From Aeromonas lacus (GTDB lineage Bacteria > Pseudomonadota > Gammaproteobacteria > Enterobacterales > Aeromonadaceae), in assembly GCF_000764665.1 (NCBI RefSeq), contig NZ_JRGM01000026.1, forward strand, positions 28,280-60,279: a DNA stretch of 32,000 nucleotides, written 5' to 3'. The number at the start of each line of letters is the position of its first letter. Position 1 is the first letter of the stretch. The position numbers were made by a program, and so were the translations under genes. Positions 1 through 8,442 of this stretch are shown here, piece after piece. Below the pieces are notes generated by a model, which saw only the letters and a program-made list of their open reading frames with translations, was not told the DNA's origin and made no database searches.

Positions 1-1346
1 CCGTGACCACGTTGCCCCAGAAACTCGCCGTCGCGGGCGACTATCTCTCCGCGGCTCAGGGTCAGCCTGATCTGGCCCGGACAGCGCATCCCCTCGTAGG
101 GGTTGTAGTCGCCGTTGTCGTGCAGCACGGCGTGGTGGATATGGGTCTCGCCACGGGGATCCATCAACACCAGATCGGCGTCGGCCCCCGGTTGCAAGTT
201 GCCCTTGCGCGGCCAGAGGCCAAACAGGCGCGCCGGGTTGGCGCTGGTGAGGGCCACGAAGCGGGACGGCGAGATGCGTCCGCCCAATACCCCGTGGGCA
301 AAGAGCAGCAGCATCCGGTTTTCGACCCCGGGCAAGCCGTTGGGGCAGCGGCTGAAATCGCCCCCCGAGAGGGTCATGCGCTGGGCGTGGGAGAAGTTGC
401 AGTGATCGGTCGCGACGGTGTCGATATCGCCAGCTGCGATGCCGACCCACAGCTTGTCCTGCTCGCGGCGTGAGCGCAGCGGCGGGCTCAGCAGATAGTC
501 GACCCCGTTCTCCTTGTAATAACACTGCTCATCGAGCAGCAGATATTGCGGGCAGGTCTCCACCCAGACCGGTTGCCCCTGACGGCGCGCCAGTTTCAGA
601 TACTCCATCCCCAAGCCGTTGGAGAGGTGGACGATATAGAGCGGCGCATTGCTCGCGAGCCCCGCCAGATTGATCATCCGGGCGATCGCCTCCGCCTCGC
701 ACTCCAATGGGCGGCTTTGCGGGTGATACCAGGGCTCATGATGGCCAGCGGCCAATAGGGCAACTCGGCGCGCCGCAATGGCGGCATCGTTCTCGGGATG
801 GACGGTGGCAAGCGCCCCCACCTCCTTGAGGCGGGCCAGCGCGCGCAACACGTCGTGATCACCCAGCTTGTACTGGTAGGTGAGATAGAGCTTGAAGCTG
901 CTGATCCCCTCCTCCTGCACCATGGCGGCCATCTCGTGGAGGATGGCGTCATCTACATGCTGGACAACGCCGTGAAAACTGTAATCGATCACCGCCTGAT
1001 CGGCGGCATAGTCGTGATAGCGGACCAGCTGGTGATGCAGATTGCACCCCGCCGGGCCAAATCCCATGTGATCGACGATGGTGGTGGTGCCACCACAGGC
1101 GGCAGCACGGGTACCGCTGAAAAAGTCATCGCAACTGCGGGCAATGCCCACGTCGATGTTGAAGTGGGTATGAACGTCGATGCCACCCGGCATCACATAA
1201 CAGCCGCTGGCATCGATCACGTCGGTCTCGCCATCGGGCTGGATAGCGGCGGCCCGCGCGCGGATCACCCCGTTATCAATCAGCAGATCCTGACGATATT
1301 CACCCTGTGCATCGACCAGCACACCGTTTTTGATCAGCCGTTTCAT
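1..1346 (-). CDS. hyuA: D-phenylhydantoinase / dihydropyrimidinase-family cyclic amidohydrolase (HyuA/YgeZ-like); C-terminus lies beyond the left window edge
   Basis: Absent from the ORF track because there is no stop in the window. Hand reverse-complement translation from ATG 1346..1344 stays open to the edge (448 codons). I checked that no TTA/CTA/TCA triplet occurs in the plus-strand phase starting at position 3. The protein begins MKRLIKNGVLVDAQGEYRQDLLIDNGVI...MPGGIDVHTHFNIDVGIARSCDDFFSGTRAAACGGTTTIVDHMGFGP...VHPENDAAIA...ATDHC...PNGLPGVENRM. It carries the amidohydrolase metal motif DVHTH and an SD-like GAGGTGGTGGGA directly upstream. Its position after ygeW-ygeX-ygeY matches E. coli. 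Confidence 0.88.
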   Translation of the reverse strand, partial: MKRLIKNGVLVDAQGEYRQDLLIDNGVIRARAAAIQPDGETDVIDASGCYVMPGGIDVHTHFNIDVGIARSCDDFFSGTRAAACGGTTTIVDHMGFGPAGCNLHHQLVRYHDYAADQAVIDYSFHGVVQHVDDAILHEMAAMVQEEGISSFKLYLTYQYKLGDHDVLRALARLKEVGALATVHPENDAAIAARRVALLAAGHHEPWYHPQSRPLECEAEAIARMINLAGLASNAPLYIVHLSNGLGMEYLKLARRQGQPVWVETCPQYLLLDEQCYYKENGVDYLLSPPLRSRREQDKLWVGIAAGDIDTVATDHCNFSHAQRMTLSGGDFSRCPNGLPGVENRMLLLFAHGVLGGRISPSRFVALTSANPARLFGLWPRKGNLQPGADADLVLMDPRGETHIHHAVLHDNGDYNPYEGMRCPGQIRLTLSRGEIVARDGEFLGQRGH

Positions 1347-1369
1347 TCCCACCACCTCGAACATCACTT

Positions 1370-1404
1370 CAAACAGCAAAGCCCCGCCTCAATGGAGACG
1401 GGGC
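1370..1404 (-). terminator. Intercistronic hairpin plus U-rich tail between ygeY and hyuA (possible partial terminator or attenuator)
   Basis: The minus strand reads GCCCCGTCTC-CATT-GAGGCGGGGC (plus 1381-1404, 9 of 10 bp paired), followed by TTTGCTGTTTG (plus 1370-1380). Confidence 0.45.
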
Positions 1405-1460
1405 ACTTGCCACACTTGCGACAGACGGGCGGTGATGAGAGTCACCACCCGGCAGACCCC

Positions 1461-2678
1461 TTACTTGTCCAGCTCGGCCAGATAGAGCATGGGGATCACG
1501 GCGTACATGGCGGCGCACTTGACCAGATGCTCTTTCCAGGTCTTCTCGTTCGGGGCGTGGGCCTCCGGCTCTTTACCCGGGCCAAAACCGATGACCGGAA
1601 TACCGTGGCGACCCATGATGGAGACCCCGTTGGTCGAGAAGGTCCACTTGTCCACCACCGGCTCCTTGTTGAACAGCTCACGATAAGCCTTGGAGAGGGT
1701 TTTGACGGTGATGTGATCCTCTTCCACCTTCCAGGTCGGGAAGTAGCACTCGGTCGGATAGACCAGACCGGTATAGGCCGGACGATCGTACTGGTACATG
1801 GAGACCTCGGCACCGGCGGCTTTCACCGCTGGCAGGGCACGGATCTCGTCGAGCGCTCCTTGCCAGGTTTCACCCCAGGTGAGACGGCGGTCGATGGAGA
1901 CGGCGCAGCTGTCTGCCACGGCGCAGCGGCTCGGCGAAGTGAAGAAGATCTCGGAGACGGTCAGGGTACCCTTGCCGAGGAAGTCATCATTGCCGAGGTT
2001 GTGGCTCAGCTCCTGCAGCTCGCCAAGGATGGGGCCCATCTTGAAGATGGCGTTGTCACCGCGCTCCGGTGCGGAGCCGTGGCAGCTGACCCCCTGCACA
2101 TCGATGCGGATCTCCATGCGGCCACGCTGGCCACGGTAGATCTGGCAGTCGGTGGGTTCGGTACTAACCACAAACTCGGGGCGGATCTTGCTCTGCTCGA
2201 TGATGTACTGCCAGCAGAGGCCATCGCAATCCTCCTCCTGTACGGTACCGGTCACCAGCAGGGTGTACTGATCTTCCAGCCCCAGATCCTTGATGATCTT
2301 GCCCGCATAGACCATGGAGGCCATGCCCCCTTCCTGATCGGAGGCGCCGCGACCACCGATGATCTCGTGATCTTCCATCCCCTCATAGGGGTCAAACTTC
2401 CAGTTGGCCATGTTGCCGACGCCCACGGTATCGATGTGGGCATCCATGGCGATCAGGTGCGGGCCGTGGCCGATATAGCCCAGCACGTTGCCCATGGGGT
2501 CGATCTCGACCTTGTCAAAGCCAACCTTCTCCATCTCCTGCTTGATGCGCAGCACGACGCGCTCTTCATCGCAGCTCTCGCTCGGGATGGCGATCATGTC
2601 GCGCAGGAACTGACTCATCTCTGCCTTGTACTGGTAGGCCTTCTCCAACACCATTTCAAACGGAATTTGCTTGCTCAT
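1461..2678 (-). CDS. ygeY: YgeY-type M20 family metallopeptidase/deacylase
   Basis: Track ORF 1461..2696. I trimmed the start to ATG 2678 ([35 protein letters not shown]...), which has GGAGAA 6 nt upstream; the track start is a TTG. The product is 405 aa with M20 features ([21 protein letters not shown]). It sits between ygeX and hyuA as in E. coli. Confidence 0.92.
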   Translation of the reverse strand: MSKQIPFEMVLEKAYQYKAEMSQFLRDMIAIPSESCDEERVVLRIKQEMEKVGFDKVEIDPMGNVLGYIGHGPHLIAMDAHIDTVGVGNMANWKFDPYEGMEDHEIIGGRGASDQEGGMASMVYAGKIIKDLGLEDQYTLLVTGTVQEEDCDGLCWQYIIEQSKIRPEFVVSTEPTDCQIYRGQRGRMEIRIDVQGVSCHGSAPERGDNAIFKMGPILGELQELSHNLGNDDFLGKGTLTVSEIFFTSPSRCAVADSCAVSIDRRLTWGETWQGALDEIRALPAVKAAGAEVSMYQYDRPAYTGLVYPTECYFPTWKVEEDHITVKTLSKAYRELFNKEPVVDKWTFSTNGVSIMGRHGIPVIGFGPGKEPEAHAPNEKTWKEHLVKCAAMYAVIPMLYLAELDK

Positions 2679-2818
2679 TGTGATTCTCCATAACAACTGA
2701 GAGTGCGCGGCCTGTTCGTCGGCAGCGCCCTGTGCCCGTTACCGCGCCCCGTTGGCGAGGCGCGATCAGTTCTTCAATTCATCTCTCTGCTCTCGCAGGG
2801 AGTTACTCGCAGCCGGGG

Positions 2819-4018
2819 TTAATCGCAGGCAGGATGTTTGCCTTCCCACACCACTTCCCGGTAGTGCTTCACATCGGTATCCCCTTCGGTGTTGATGATG
2901 AGCACGACCGAGTTGCTATCCAGCCCCAGACGTTCCATCAGTGCCGCGCGATCCGGGTGGTGACACACCGCCGCCAGTACACCGGTACCGACCGAGCCGG
3001 ATTCACCGGAGATGATGCGAGGGTCATTGCCAAGGGGGTTGCCGAGCACTCTCATCCCTAATGCCGACACCTTGTCGTGGCAGGAGATGAACTGGGTGGT
3101 GCAGCCCCTGAGCAGCGGCCAGCCAAGCGGGTTGGGTTCACCGCAGGCGAGACCGGCCATGATGGTGCGCATGTCGCCCCCCACGTTGACCATCTCCCCT
3201 GCCACGCCGGAGCGGTAGATGCAGTCGGCCTGATCTGGCTCGACCACGATGCTGTGCAGGTTTTTCGCCCCGAAGCAGTCCACCAGATAACCGAGCACGC
3301 CGCCCGCCAGCGCCCCTACCCCGGCCTGCAGCAGCACGTGGGTCGGCTGCTTGATGCCCATATCCTGCATCTGCTCGACCGCTTCGTCGGCCAGGGTGGA
3401 GTAACCCTGCATGATCCAGGTCGGGATCTTGGTGTAGCCCTCCCAGGCGGTGTCCTGCACTATGTGCCAGCCGCGCTCTTCCGCCATTTTCATGGTGAGA
3501 CGGACGGTATCGTCGTAGTTCATGTCGGTGACGATGCACTCGGCACCGAGATTGAGAATGTGGTCAACCCGCTCCTGGGCAGAACCCTTGGGCATGTAGA
3601 CCACCGCATGCTGACCTACCTGCTTGGCGGCCCAGGCAACGCCGCGACCGTGGTTGCCATCTGTGGTGGTGGCGAAGGTCATCGGCTCCTTGATGGTGCG
3701 CTTGATGAGATCGAAGGAGAAATCCTCGACTGCCACGCCATATTTTTCACAGAGCAGGTTGGCAATGGCGTAGACGCCACCCAGCATCTTGAAGGCATTG
3801 AGACCAAAGCGTTTTGACTCATCCTTGACCAGAATATTTTTAACCCCGATATAGGCGGCCAGATCTTTCAAATCACACAAGGGGGTTGGCTCATAACCGG
3901 CCAGTTTTTTATGAAAGGCACGGGCCTTTTGTGCTTCGGCGCGAGAAAACAGGGGAGATGGTTCACCGGTAAAAAAACGGTTATCGGCAATATCCATCTT
4001 CAGAGAAAATTGGGACAT
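2819..4018 (-). CDS. dpaL: Diaminopropionate ammonia-lyase (PLP-dependent, YgeX/DpaL)
   Basis: Track ORF of 399 aa: MSQFSLKMDIADNRFFTGEPSPLF...VKDESKRFGLNAFKMLGG (PLP lysine motif)...TTTDGNHGRGVAWAA...ISTEGDTD-like C-terminus. It matches my recollection of E. coli YgeX closely. Confidence 0.93.
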   Translation of the reverse strand: MSQFSLKMDIADNRFFTGEPSPLFSRAEAQKARAFHKKLAGYEPTPLCDLKDLAAYIGVKNILVKDESKRFGLNAFKMLGGVYAIANLLCEKYGVAVEDFSFDLIKRTIKEPMTFATTTDGNHGRGVAWAAKQVGQHAVVYMPKGSAQERVDHILNLGAECIVTDMNYDDTVRLTMKMAEERGWHIVQDTAWEGYTKIPTWIMQGYSTLADEAVEQMQDMGIKQPTHVLLQAGVGALAGGVLGYLVDCFGAKNLHSIVVEPDQADCIYRSGVAGEMVNVGGDMRTIMAGLACGEPNPLGWPLLRGCTTQFISCHDKVSALGMRVLGNPLGNDPRIISGESGSVGTGVLAAVCHHPDRAALMERLGLDSNSVVLIINTEGDTDVKHYREVVWEGKHPACD

Positions 4019-4120
4019 GCGTACCTCATCCAGATTATGGGGTCGGGAGCCATCTCACCGGGAAATCCGATATTCAGATACCACGGGGAGAAAACTCACG
4101 ACAATTCCGCTGTTGTAGCA

Positions 4121-4161
4121 GGCAGGGGAATGATTACCCCTGCCATTTCTTTTATTTATTT
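4121..4161. other. Intercistronic GC hairpin (ygeW/ygeX junction) with a T-tract on the plus (antisense) side
   Basis: GGCAGGGG (4121-4128), 8-nt loop, CCCCTGCC (4137-4144), then ATTTCTTTTATTTATTT on the plus strand. On the coding (minus) strand the A/T tract comes before the hairpin rather than after it. Confidence 0.5.
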
Positions 4162-4174
4162 CAGCCAACGCTAT

Positions 4175-5362
4175 TTATTTAACCCGCTTCTGGGCCTCTT
4201 TCAGCAGCGTTTCGAGGGTCTCTCCCGGGGCGGAGAATTTACGGGCCATGATCATGGCGGCGATAATATAGGGCTTCCAGCTCGCCTCTTTATAAGTAGC
4301 GATACGATATTTCTCGAATACCCCTTCGGTCACTTCACCCTCTTTACAGGAGACGCCGGAAATATCGGCCGGCAGGCAGTGCATATAGAGCGCTTCGCCA
4401 CCCTTGGTGAGCTTCATCATCTCTTCAGTGCAGTGCCAATCCTTATGCTTGGCGTTCTGCTCAAGGCAGTGTTTCTCCAGCTCCTTGAGGCCGGCGTGGT
4501 CATTGGCACGCAGCAACTCGGTGCGCTGCTCCATCACCTTGTAGGGGGCCCAGGACTTGGGATAGACGATGTCGGCATCCTTGAACGCCTCTTCCATGGA
4601 GGTGACCTGACGGAAGCTGCCGCCGGAGGCCTTGGCATTCTCCTTGGCCACTTCGATCACATCTGGGATCAGGTCATACCCCTCCGGGTGGGCCAGGGTC
4701 ACATCCATACCAAAGCGGGTCATCAGGCCGATGATGCCCTGCGGCACGGAGAGCGGCTTGCCGTAGCTCGGGGAGTAAGCCCAGGTCATCGCAATCTTCT
4801 TGCCCTTGAGGTTTTCCAGGCTGCCGAAGTGCTCCTGCAACCAGGCCAGATCAGCCATGGACTGAGTCGGGTGATCAATGTCGCACTGCAGGTTGACCAG
4901 CGCCGGACGCTGGGGCAGCACCCCCTTCTCGAACCCTTCATCCAGTGCGGCGCCCACTTCGCGCATGTAGGCGTTACCGGCCCCCAGATACATGTCATCA
5001 CGGATACCGATGGCATCGGCGCAGAAGGAGATCATGTTGGCGGTTTCACGGACGGTTTCACCGTGGGCAATCTGGGATTTGCCCTCATCCAGATCCTGCT
5101 GGGCCAGACCGAGCAGGTTCAGTGCAGAGGCATAAGAGAAGCGGGTTCGGGTGGAGTTATCGCGGAAAACCGAGATACCGAGCCCGCTGTTAAACAGTTT
5201 GGTAGCAATATTTTCGGCACGCAGTGTCTTGAGGGATTCGGCCAGTTTCAATACCAGTTCAAGCTCCTGAGGTGTTTGCTCCCAGGTCAGCAGAAAATCT
5301 TTTTCATGCAGGTTGGATTTGAGTGCTTTGATCTCTTTGATTAACTCGTTCACTGCTTTCAT
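4175..5362 (-). CDS. ygeW: YgeW-type orphan carbamoyltransferase (ATCase/OTCase superfamily, physiological substrate unsettled)
   Basis: Track ORF 4175..5545, trimmed to ATG 5362 (MKAVNELIKEIKALKSNLHEKDFLLTWEQTP...). It carries the carbamoyl-phosphate motif STRTR (FRDNSTRTRFS) and HCLP near the C-terminus. The product is 395 aa. The 61-codon N-terminal extension in the track has no support. Confidence 0.93.
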   Translation of the reverse strand: MKAVNELIKEIKALKSNLHEKDFLLTWEQTPQELELVLKLAESLKTLRAENIATKLFNSGLGISVFRDNSTRTRFSYASALNLLGLAQQDLDEGKSQIAHGETVRETANMISFCADAIGIRDDMYLGAGNAYMREVGAALDEGFEKGVLPQRPALVNLQCDIDHPTQSMADLAWLQEHFGSLENLKGKKIAMTWAYSPSYGKPLSVPQGIIGLMTRFGMDVTLAHPEGYDLIPDVIEVAKENAKASGGSFRQVTSMEEAFKDADIVYPKSWAPYKVMEQRTELLRANDHAGLKELEKHCLEQNAKHKDWHCTEEMMKLTKGGEALYMHCLPADISGVSCKEGEVTEGVFEKYRIATYKEASWKPYIIAAMIMARKFSAPGETLETLLKEAQKRVK

Positions 5363-5470
5363 CGTTCGCCCCAATTCGTTGGATGATATATGAATAGCTC
5401 CCCAGTCACTCACGATGTCACCAGCATCCCGGTTATGGGTGAGCTCATCGGTTAGCGTCGATATAGGGCA

Positions 5471-5487
5471 ATCAATAAGCGTGCCAA
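5471..5487 (-). promoter_or_regulatory. Candidate sigma54 -24/-12 element upstream of ygeW (imperfect)
   Basis: The minus strand reads TTGGCACGCTTATTGAT against the consensus TGGCACG-N4-TTGCW. The -24 GG is intact and the spacing is correct, but the -12 element is TTGA instead of TTGC. It lies about 110 nt upstream of ATG 5362. E. coli ygeW is next to a sigma54-type activator gene (ygeV); no such gene is in this window. Confidence 0.3.
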
Positions 5488-5528
5488 GGTAAAGATTTGC
5501 GGCGGAATAATATGAAATGGCAAAAGTA

Positions 5529-5544
5529 TGTGATGGGCGCCACA
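5529..5544. promoter_or_regulatory. CRP-like palindrome in the ygeW / hydrolase divergent region
   Basis: TGTGA-TGGGCG-CCACA against the consensus TGTGA-N6-TCACA (9 of 10 core positions), flanked by A/T. Confidence 0.3.
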
Positions 5545-5920
5545 AAAATAGCAGCGATTAGCCCTATTTGGCTGATGAGGTTATGCGCGCACTGAATTTA
5601 TCCTGCTGCGACCACATACCTATGGGGTGATAAAACCGAGTCACGGTAGAGATAATTATCATCCGGGTGCATCGCTCGGGGCTGAAATGATATAAAGCAG
5701 ACCAACTTTATCATTATGATAAGCAGCCGGGAGGTGACCGCCCTCCCCTCCTCTCTGCAGCCTTGCAAAGGGCATTGAGGCATGTATGCCACATCTGTCT
5801 GAATACCAGAGCGCCTTTCCGAGACTGGTAAACACAGGCCAAAGGGCGCAAGCTGGTTTGACCTGCAGACCATTCGCAGCATGGTTCCGGCCACTTTACC
5901 CACCGCAGCAAGGAGTGCTT

Positions 5921-7153
5921 ATGACCGATGCCGCCGACAAGTCGCCCTCCTCCTGGCAGCTTTCGGATATCCGCGAGCTGGCGCAACTGCTGACCCAGGC
6001 GCTGCCCGCTACCGTGCAGATCACAGAGGCGGTGCATCAGGCTGTACTGGGCGGTATGGGTATCAAGGGGCGGGACAAGGGTAAAACGGCGGGGCTCACC
6101 GGGCTTATTTACAAGGGGGTTCACGGGGCCGCCAATAGCCTCGGCAGTGGTATCAATGGCCTGCTGGCCTGCCTGCCACTCCCAACGCAACATTCTGTAG
6201 CAGAGACGCCCAAGCGCGCGGCTCTGCTTGCCACCCTCAATGGCGTGCTGGGGGACAAGCTGGTCGAGCAGCAAAACGCCCTCGCCACTCCGATGACTCT
6301 GCGCTATCAGGGCAGGTCGCTCAATTGGCAGACCATGCCAGCCGACCTTCCCCACGCGGGGAGAGTGCTGCTGATGATCCATGGCCTCTGCATGAACGAC
6401 TTGCAATGGCAAACCAGCTATCAGGGGAAGTCCATCAACCATGGCGAAGCGGTGGCCAGAGAGCTTGGCCATCTGCCTCTCTATCTGCGCTACAACTCGG
6501 GTCTCTCTATTGCCAGCAACGGGCAGGCGCTGGCGCTACAGCTGGAGGAGCTGTGTGACCGATGGCCGGGGGCCATCAAGCAGCTCAGCGTGCTGGCCTA
6601 CAGCATGGGGGGACTGGTTATCCGAAGTGCCTGCCATTACGCCCAAATCCACTCACTGCGCTGGCCCGAGCGACTGCGGCATCTGATCTTTCTTGGCACG
6701 CCGCACCATGGTGCGCCGCTCGAATCCGCTGGCCACTGGCTGGAGCAACTGCTGCCAGTCACCCCTTACAGCATGCCCTTTGTGAAGCTGACCCGCATAC
6801 GCAGCCAGGGCATTCGGGATCTTCGCCATGGCAAGGTCATCGACGCCTCCCGTAATAACAGGGAGCGCACCATAGGGCGCGATCCCCGCCAACCGCTCCC
6901 GCTTCCAAGCGGCGTAGCCTGCTTTGCCATCGCAGGCACCACATCCGCCAAACGCACCCTGCTGGCAGAGCGGCTGATTGGCGATGGACTGGTCCCCCTG
7001 CGCAGTGCGCTGGGCCAGCACCGGGAGCGCGCACATCAACTCGACTTTCCTCCAGAACATACTCTGATCGCCTATCGCACAACTCATATGGCGCTGCTCG
7101 GCAGCCCGGAGGTTGGCGCACAACTGCTGGACTGGCTTGACGATGCCAGGTGA
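5921..7153 (+). CDS. Alpha/beta-fold hydrolase (esterase/lipase-like), function unknown
   Basis: Track ORF 5786..7153, trimmed to ATG 5921 (MTDAADKSPSSWQL...), which has AGGAG 5 nt upstream. It has a nucleophile elbow AYSMGG (GxSxG type), HGLCMND upstream of it, and GTPHHGAPLE downstream. No signal peptide is evident. Confidence 0.75.
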   Translation: MTDAADKSPSSWQLSDIRELAQLLTQALPATVQITEAVHQAVLGGMGIKGRDKGKTAGLTGLIYKGVHGAANSLGSGINGLLACLPLPTQHSVAETPKRAALLATLNGVLGDKLVEQQNALATPMTLRYQGRSLNWQTMPADLPHAGRVLLMIHGLCMNDLQWQTSYQGKSINHGEAVARELGHLPLYLRYNSGLSIASNGQALALQLEELCDRWPGAIKQLSVLAYSMGGLVIRSACHYAQIHSLRWPERLRHLIFLGTPHHGAPLESAGHWLEQLLPVTPYSMPFVKLTRIRSQGIRDLRHGKVIDASRNNRERTIGRDPRQPLPLPSGVACFAIAGTTSAKRTLLAERLIGDGLVPLRSALGQHRERAHQLDFPPEHTLIAYRTTHMALLGSPEVGAQLLDWLDDAR

Positions 7154-7279
7154 TCCCCCTTTTCCTTGCATGCCGTTTCAGGTTTTTGGTCGAACAGCGC
7201 CAATCGGGCGCCGCATGCTGTGCTCGTAGCAGCTAGCCTTGGAGGCAGTGTTTGATATGAGCCAGCAGTGGAGCGCCAT

Positions 7280-7483
7280 ATGTTCTCTTACACCCTCACC
7301 TTCAAGGATGATGTCGACCGCCTGACCGCCCCCGAGCAGGAGGTCTCCTTGCAAAGCCCTGCCCAGGCGGGCGATTTCCTTATCCTCTCCGACGGCAGCC
7401 GCCATCAGGTGATGTTTGTCACCCACAGGGCCAACTACAGCAGCCTCTATCTCGATAAAGGGGTCAGGGTGCCGCAAAGCTAG
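7280..7483 (+). CDS. Small hypothetical protein (67 aa)
   Basis: Track ORF 7268..7483 starts at a GTG. I prefer ATG 7280 (MFSYTLTFKDDVDRLTAPEQ...), which has GGAG 6 nt upstream. A strong bidirectional terminator follows. I recognise no family. Confidence 0.5.
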   Translation: MFSYTLTFKDDVDRLTAPEQEVSLQSPAQAGDFLILSDGSRHQVMFVTHRANYSSLYLDKGVRVPQS

Positions 7484-7514
7484 CGAAGCTCATACCTCAG
7501 TTTGCGAAAGCAAA

Positions 7515-7537
7515 AGAGCGGCACTTGGCCGCTCTTT
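7515..7537. terminator. Bidirectional intrinsic terminator between convergent genes
   Basis: AGAGCGGC (7515-7522), loop ACTTG, GCCGCTCT (7528-7535). It is preceded by CAAAA and followed by TT. It sits between the stops at 7483 (+) and 7563 (-). Confidence 0.7.
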
Positions 7538-7562
7538 GATAAGTCGTGATATGGCGTTGGCG

Positions 7563-8393
7563 TCACAGCACCTTGATCACCGGTTGGTGCACTATCTCGA
7601 CGTCGTTTTTATAGACCACCAGCTCACCCGGTGGCACGCCTCGCTCACCCAATACGGTGACGACACATTCGTAGCGATAAGGGCCGCTCGTGAAGAAATA
7701 GGTATGATTGCCACCCGTCCCTTCCATCCTGACGGTGCCATTTTTCAGCACCAGATCCGGCTTGTCGGCGAGCGTCTTGCCCTTTGCCCAGGAGGCGTAG
7801 CGATAGTGGCCATCGTCCAACTCATCGATGCGGATGGTAAATTTCTCGGTTTGCCACATCAGCTCGGGGCTTTTGTACTCCTGCACACTGGGATGCAGAC
7901 CGCTCTTCTGCCTGGCGATAAGCTCGGCTTTCAATTTGGCGGCCTGCGCCGTCTGATGATTGATACCGATCACCTTGCCATCAAAATCCATCCAGACCTC
8001 GCCACTGCCCAGCATGATGCCGCGCCAGCCCATGGTCTGCCAATCCTGCCCGACCCGGGAGGTAGCGATGCTTTTTAAAATGGCGTCATCAAACACCTCG
8101 TCAAAACGGGTCAGCATCTCCGCCGGGGTTTTGATGGCGGGAATGGGATACTCCAACTTGAAGGGGTATTTCATTTGATTGGCAAGGGCCTGATGATCCC
8201 GGGCTTCTGCCGCATCGACCAACTGCTGCACAAAGGGGCGATATTCGGCCGGCAACTGCTCTTCGTCGGCAGATACGGAGAGCGATCCCAATAATGATCC
8301 CAGCAGCAACGCAGCCCATAGGCCATAACGCCCCTGCCCTCCTTTGCTATTACGGCCAAACAGCGCCCTGACATTCCATCTTGCCACTTTCAT
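7563..8393 (-). CDS. Secreted/periplasmic hypothetical protein
   Basis: Track ORF 7563..8411. I prefer ATG 8393 (MKVARWNVRALFGRNSKGGQGRYGLWAALLLGSLLGSLSVSA|DEEQL...). It has a basic n-region, a hydrophobic core and a VSA-type cleavage site. I recognise no family. ATG 8411 is an alternative start. Confidence 0.7.
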   Translation of the reverse strand: MKVARWNVRALFGRNSKGGQGRYGLWAALLLGSLLGSLSVSADEEQLPAEYRPFVQQLVDAAEARDHQALANQMKYPFKLEYPIPAIKTPAEMLTRFDEVFDDAILKSIATSRVGQDWQTMGWRGIMLGSGEVWMDFDGKVIGINHQTAQAAKLKAELIARQKSGLHPSVQEYKSPELMWQTEKFTIRIDELDDGHYRYASWAKGKTLADKPDLVLKNGTVRMEGTGGNHTYFFTSGPYRYECVVTVLGERGVPPGELVVYKNDVEIVHQPVIKVL

Positions 8394-8442
8394 TCTGCCT
8401 GCTCTCCACATAACTGAAATGGCCAGCCACTATCCGCAAACA

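Noticed and set aside
798-2693. Very long antisense ORFs opposite real genes. Examples: 798..2693 (+), 3911..5344 (+), 10341..12095 (+), 12111..14645 (+), 15451..16887 (+), 18688..19542 (-), 25955..26779 (-), 31217..31858 (-).
   Set aside because: Each lies exactly opposite a gene with unmistakable family motifs. Their translations are low-complexity and rich in G, A, L, V, D and H. They have no SD and no recognisable domains. Stop-free antisense frames are expected at about 60% or higher GC.
4175-5545. N-terminal extensions offered by the track for ygeW (to 5545), hydrolase (from 5786), mukE (to 15605), mukF (to 16908), ppnP (from 23517) and fumarase (to 28802).
   Set aside because: Internal ATGs with proper SD sequences give lengths and N-termini that match the known families. 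The extensions cross promoter-like AT-rich DNA or the preceding gene.
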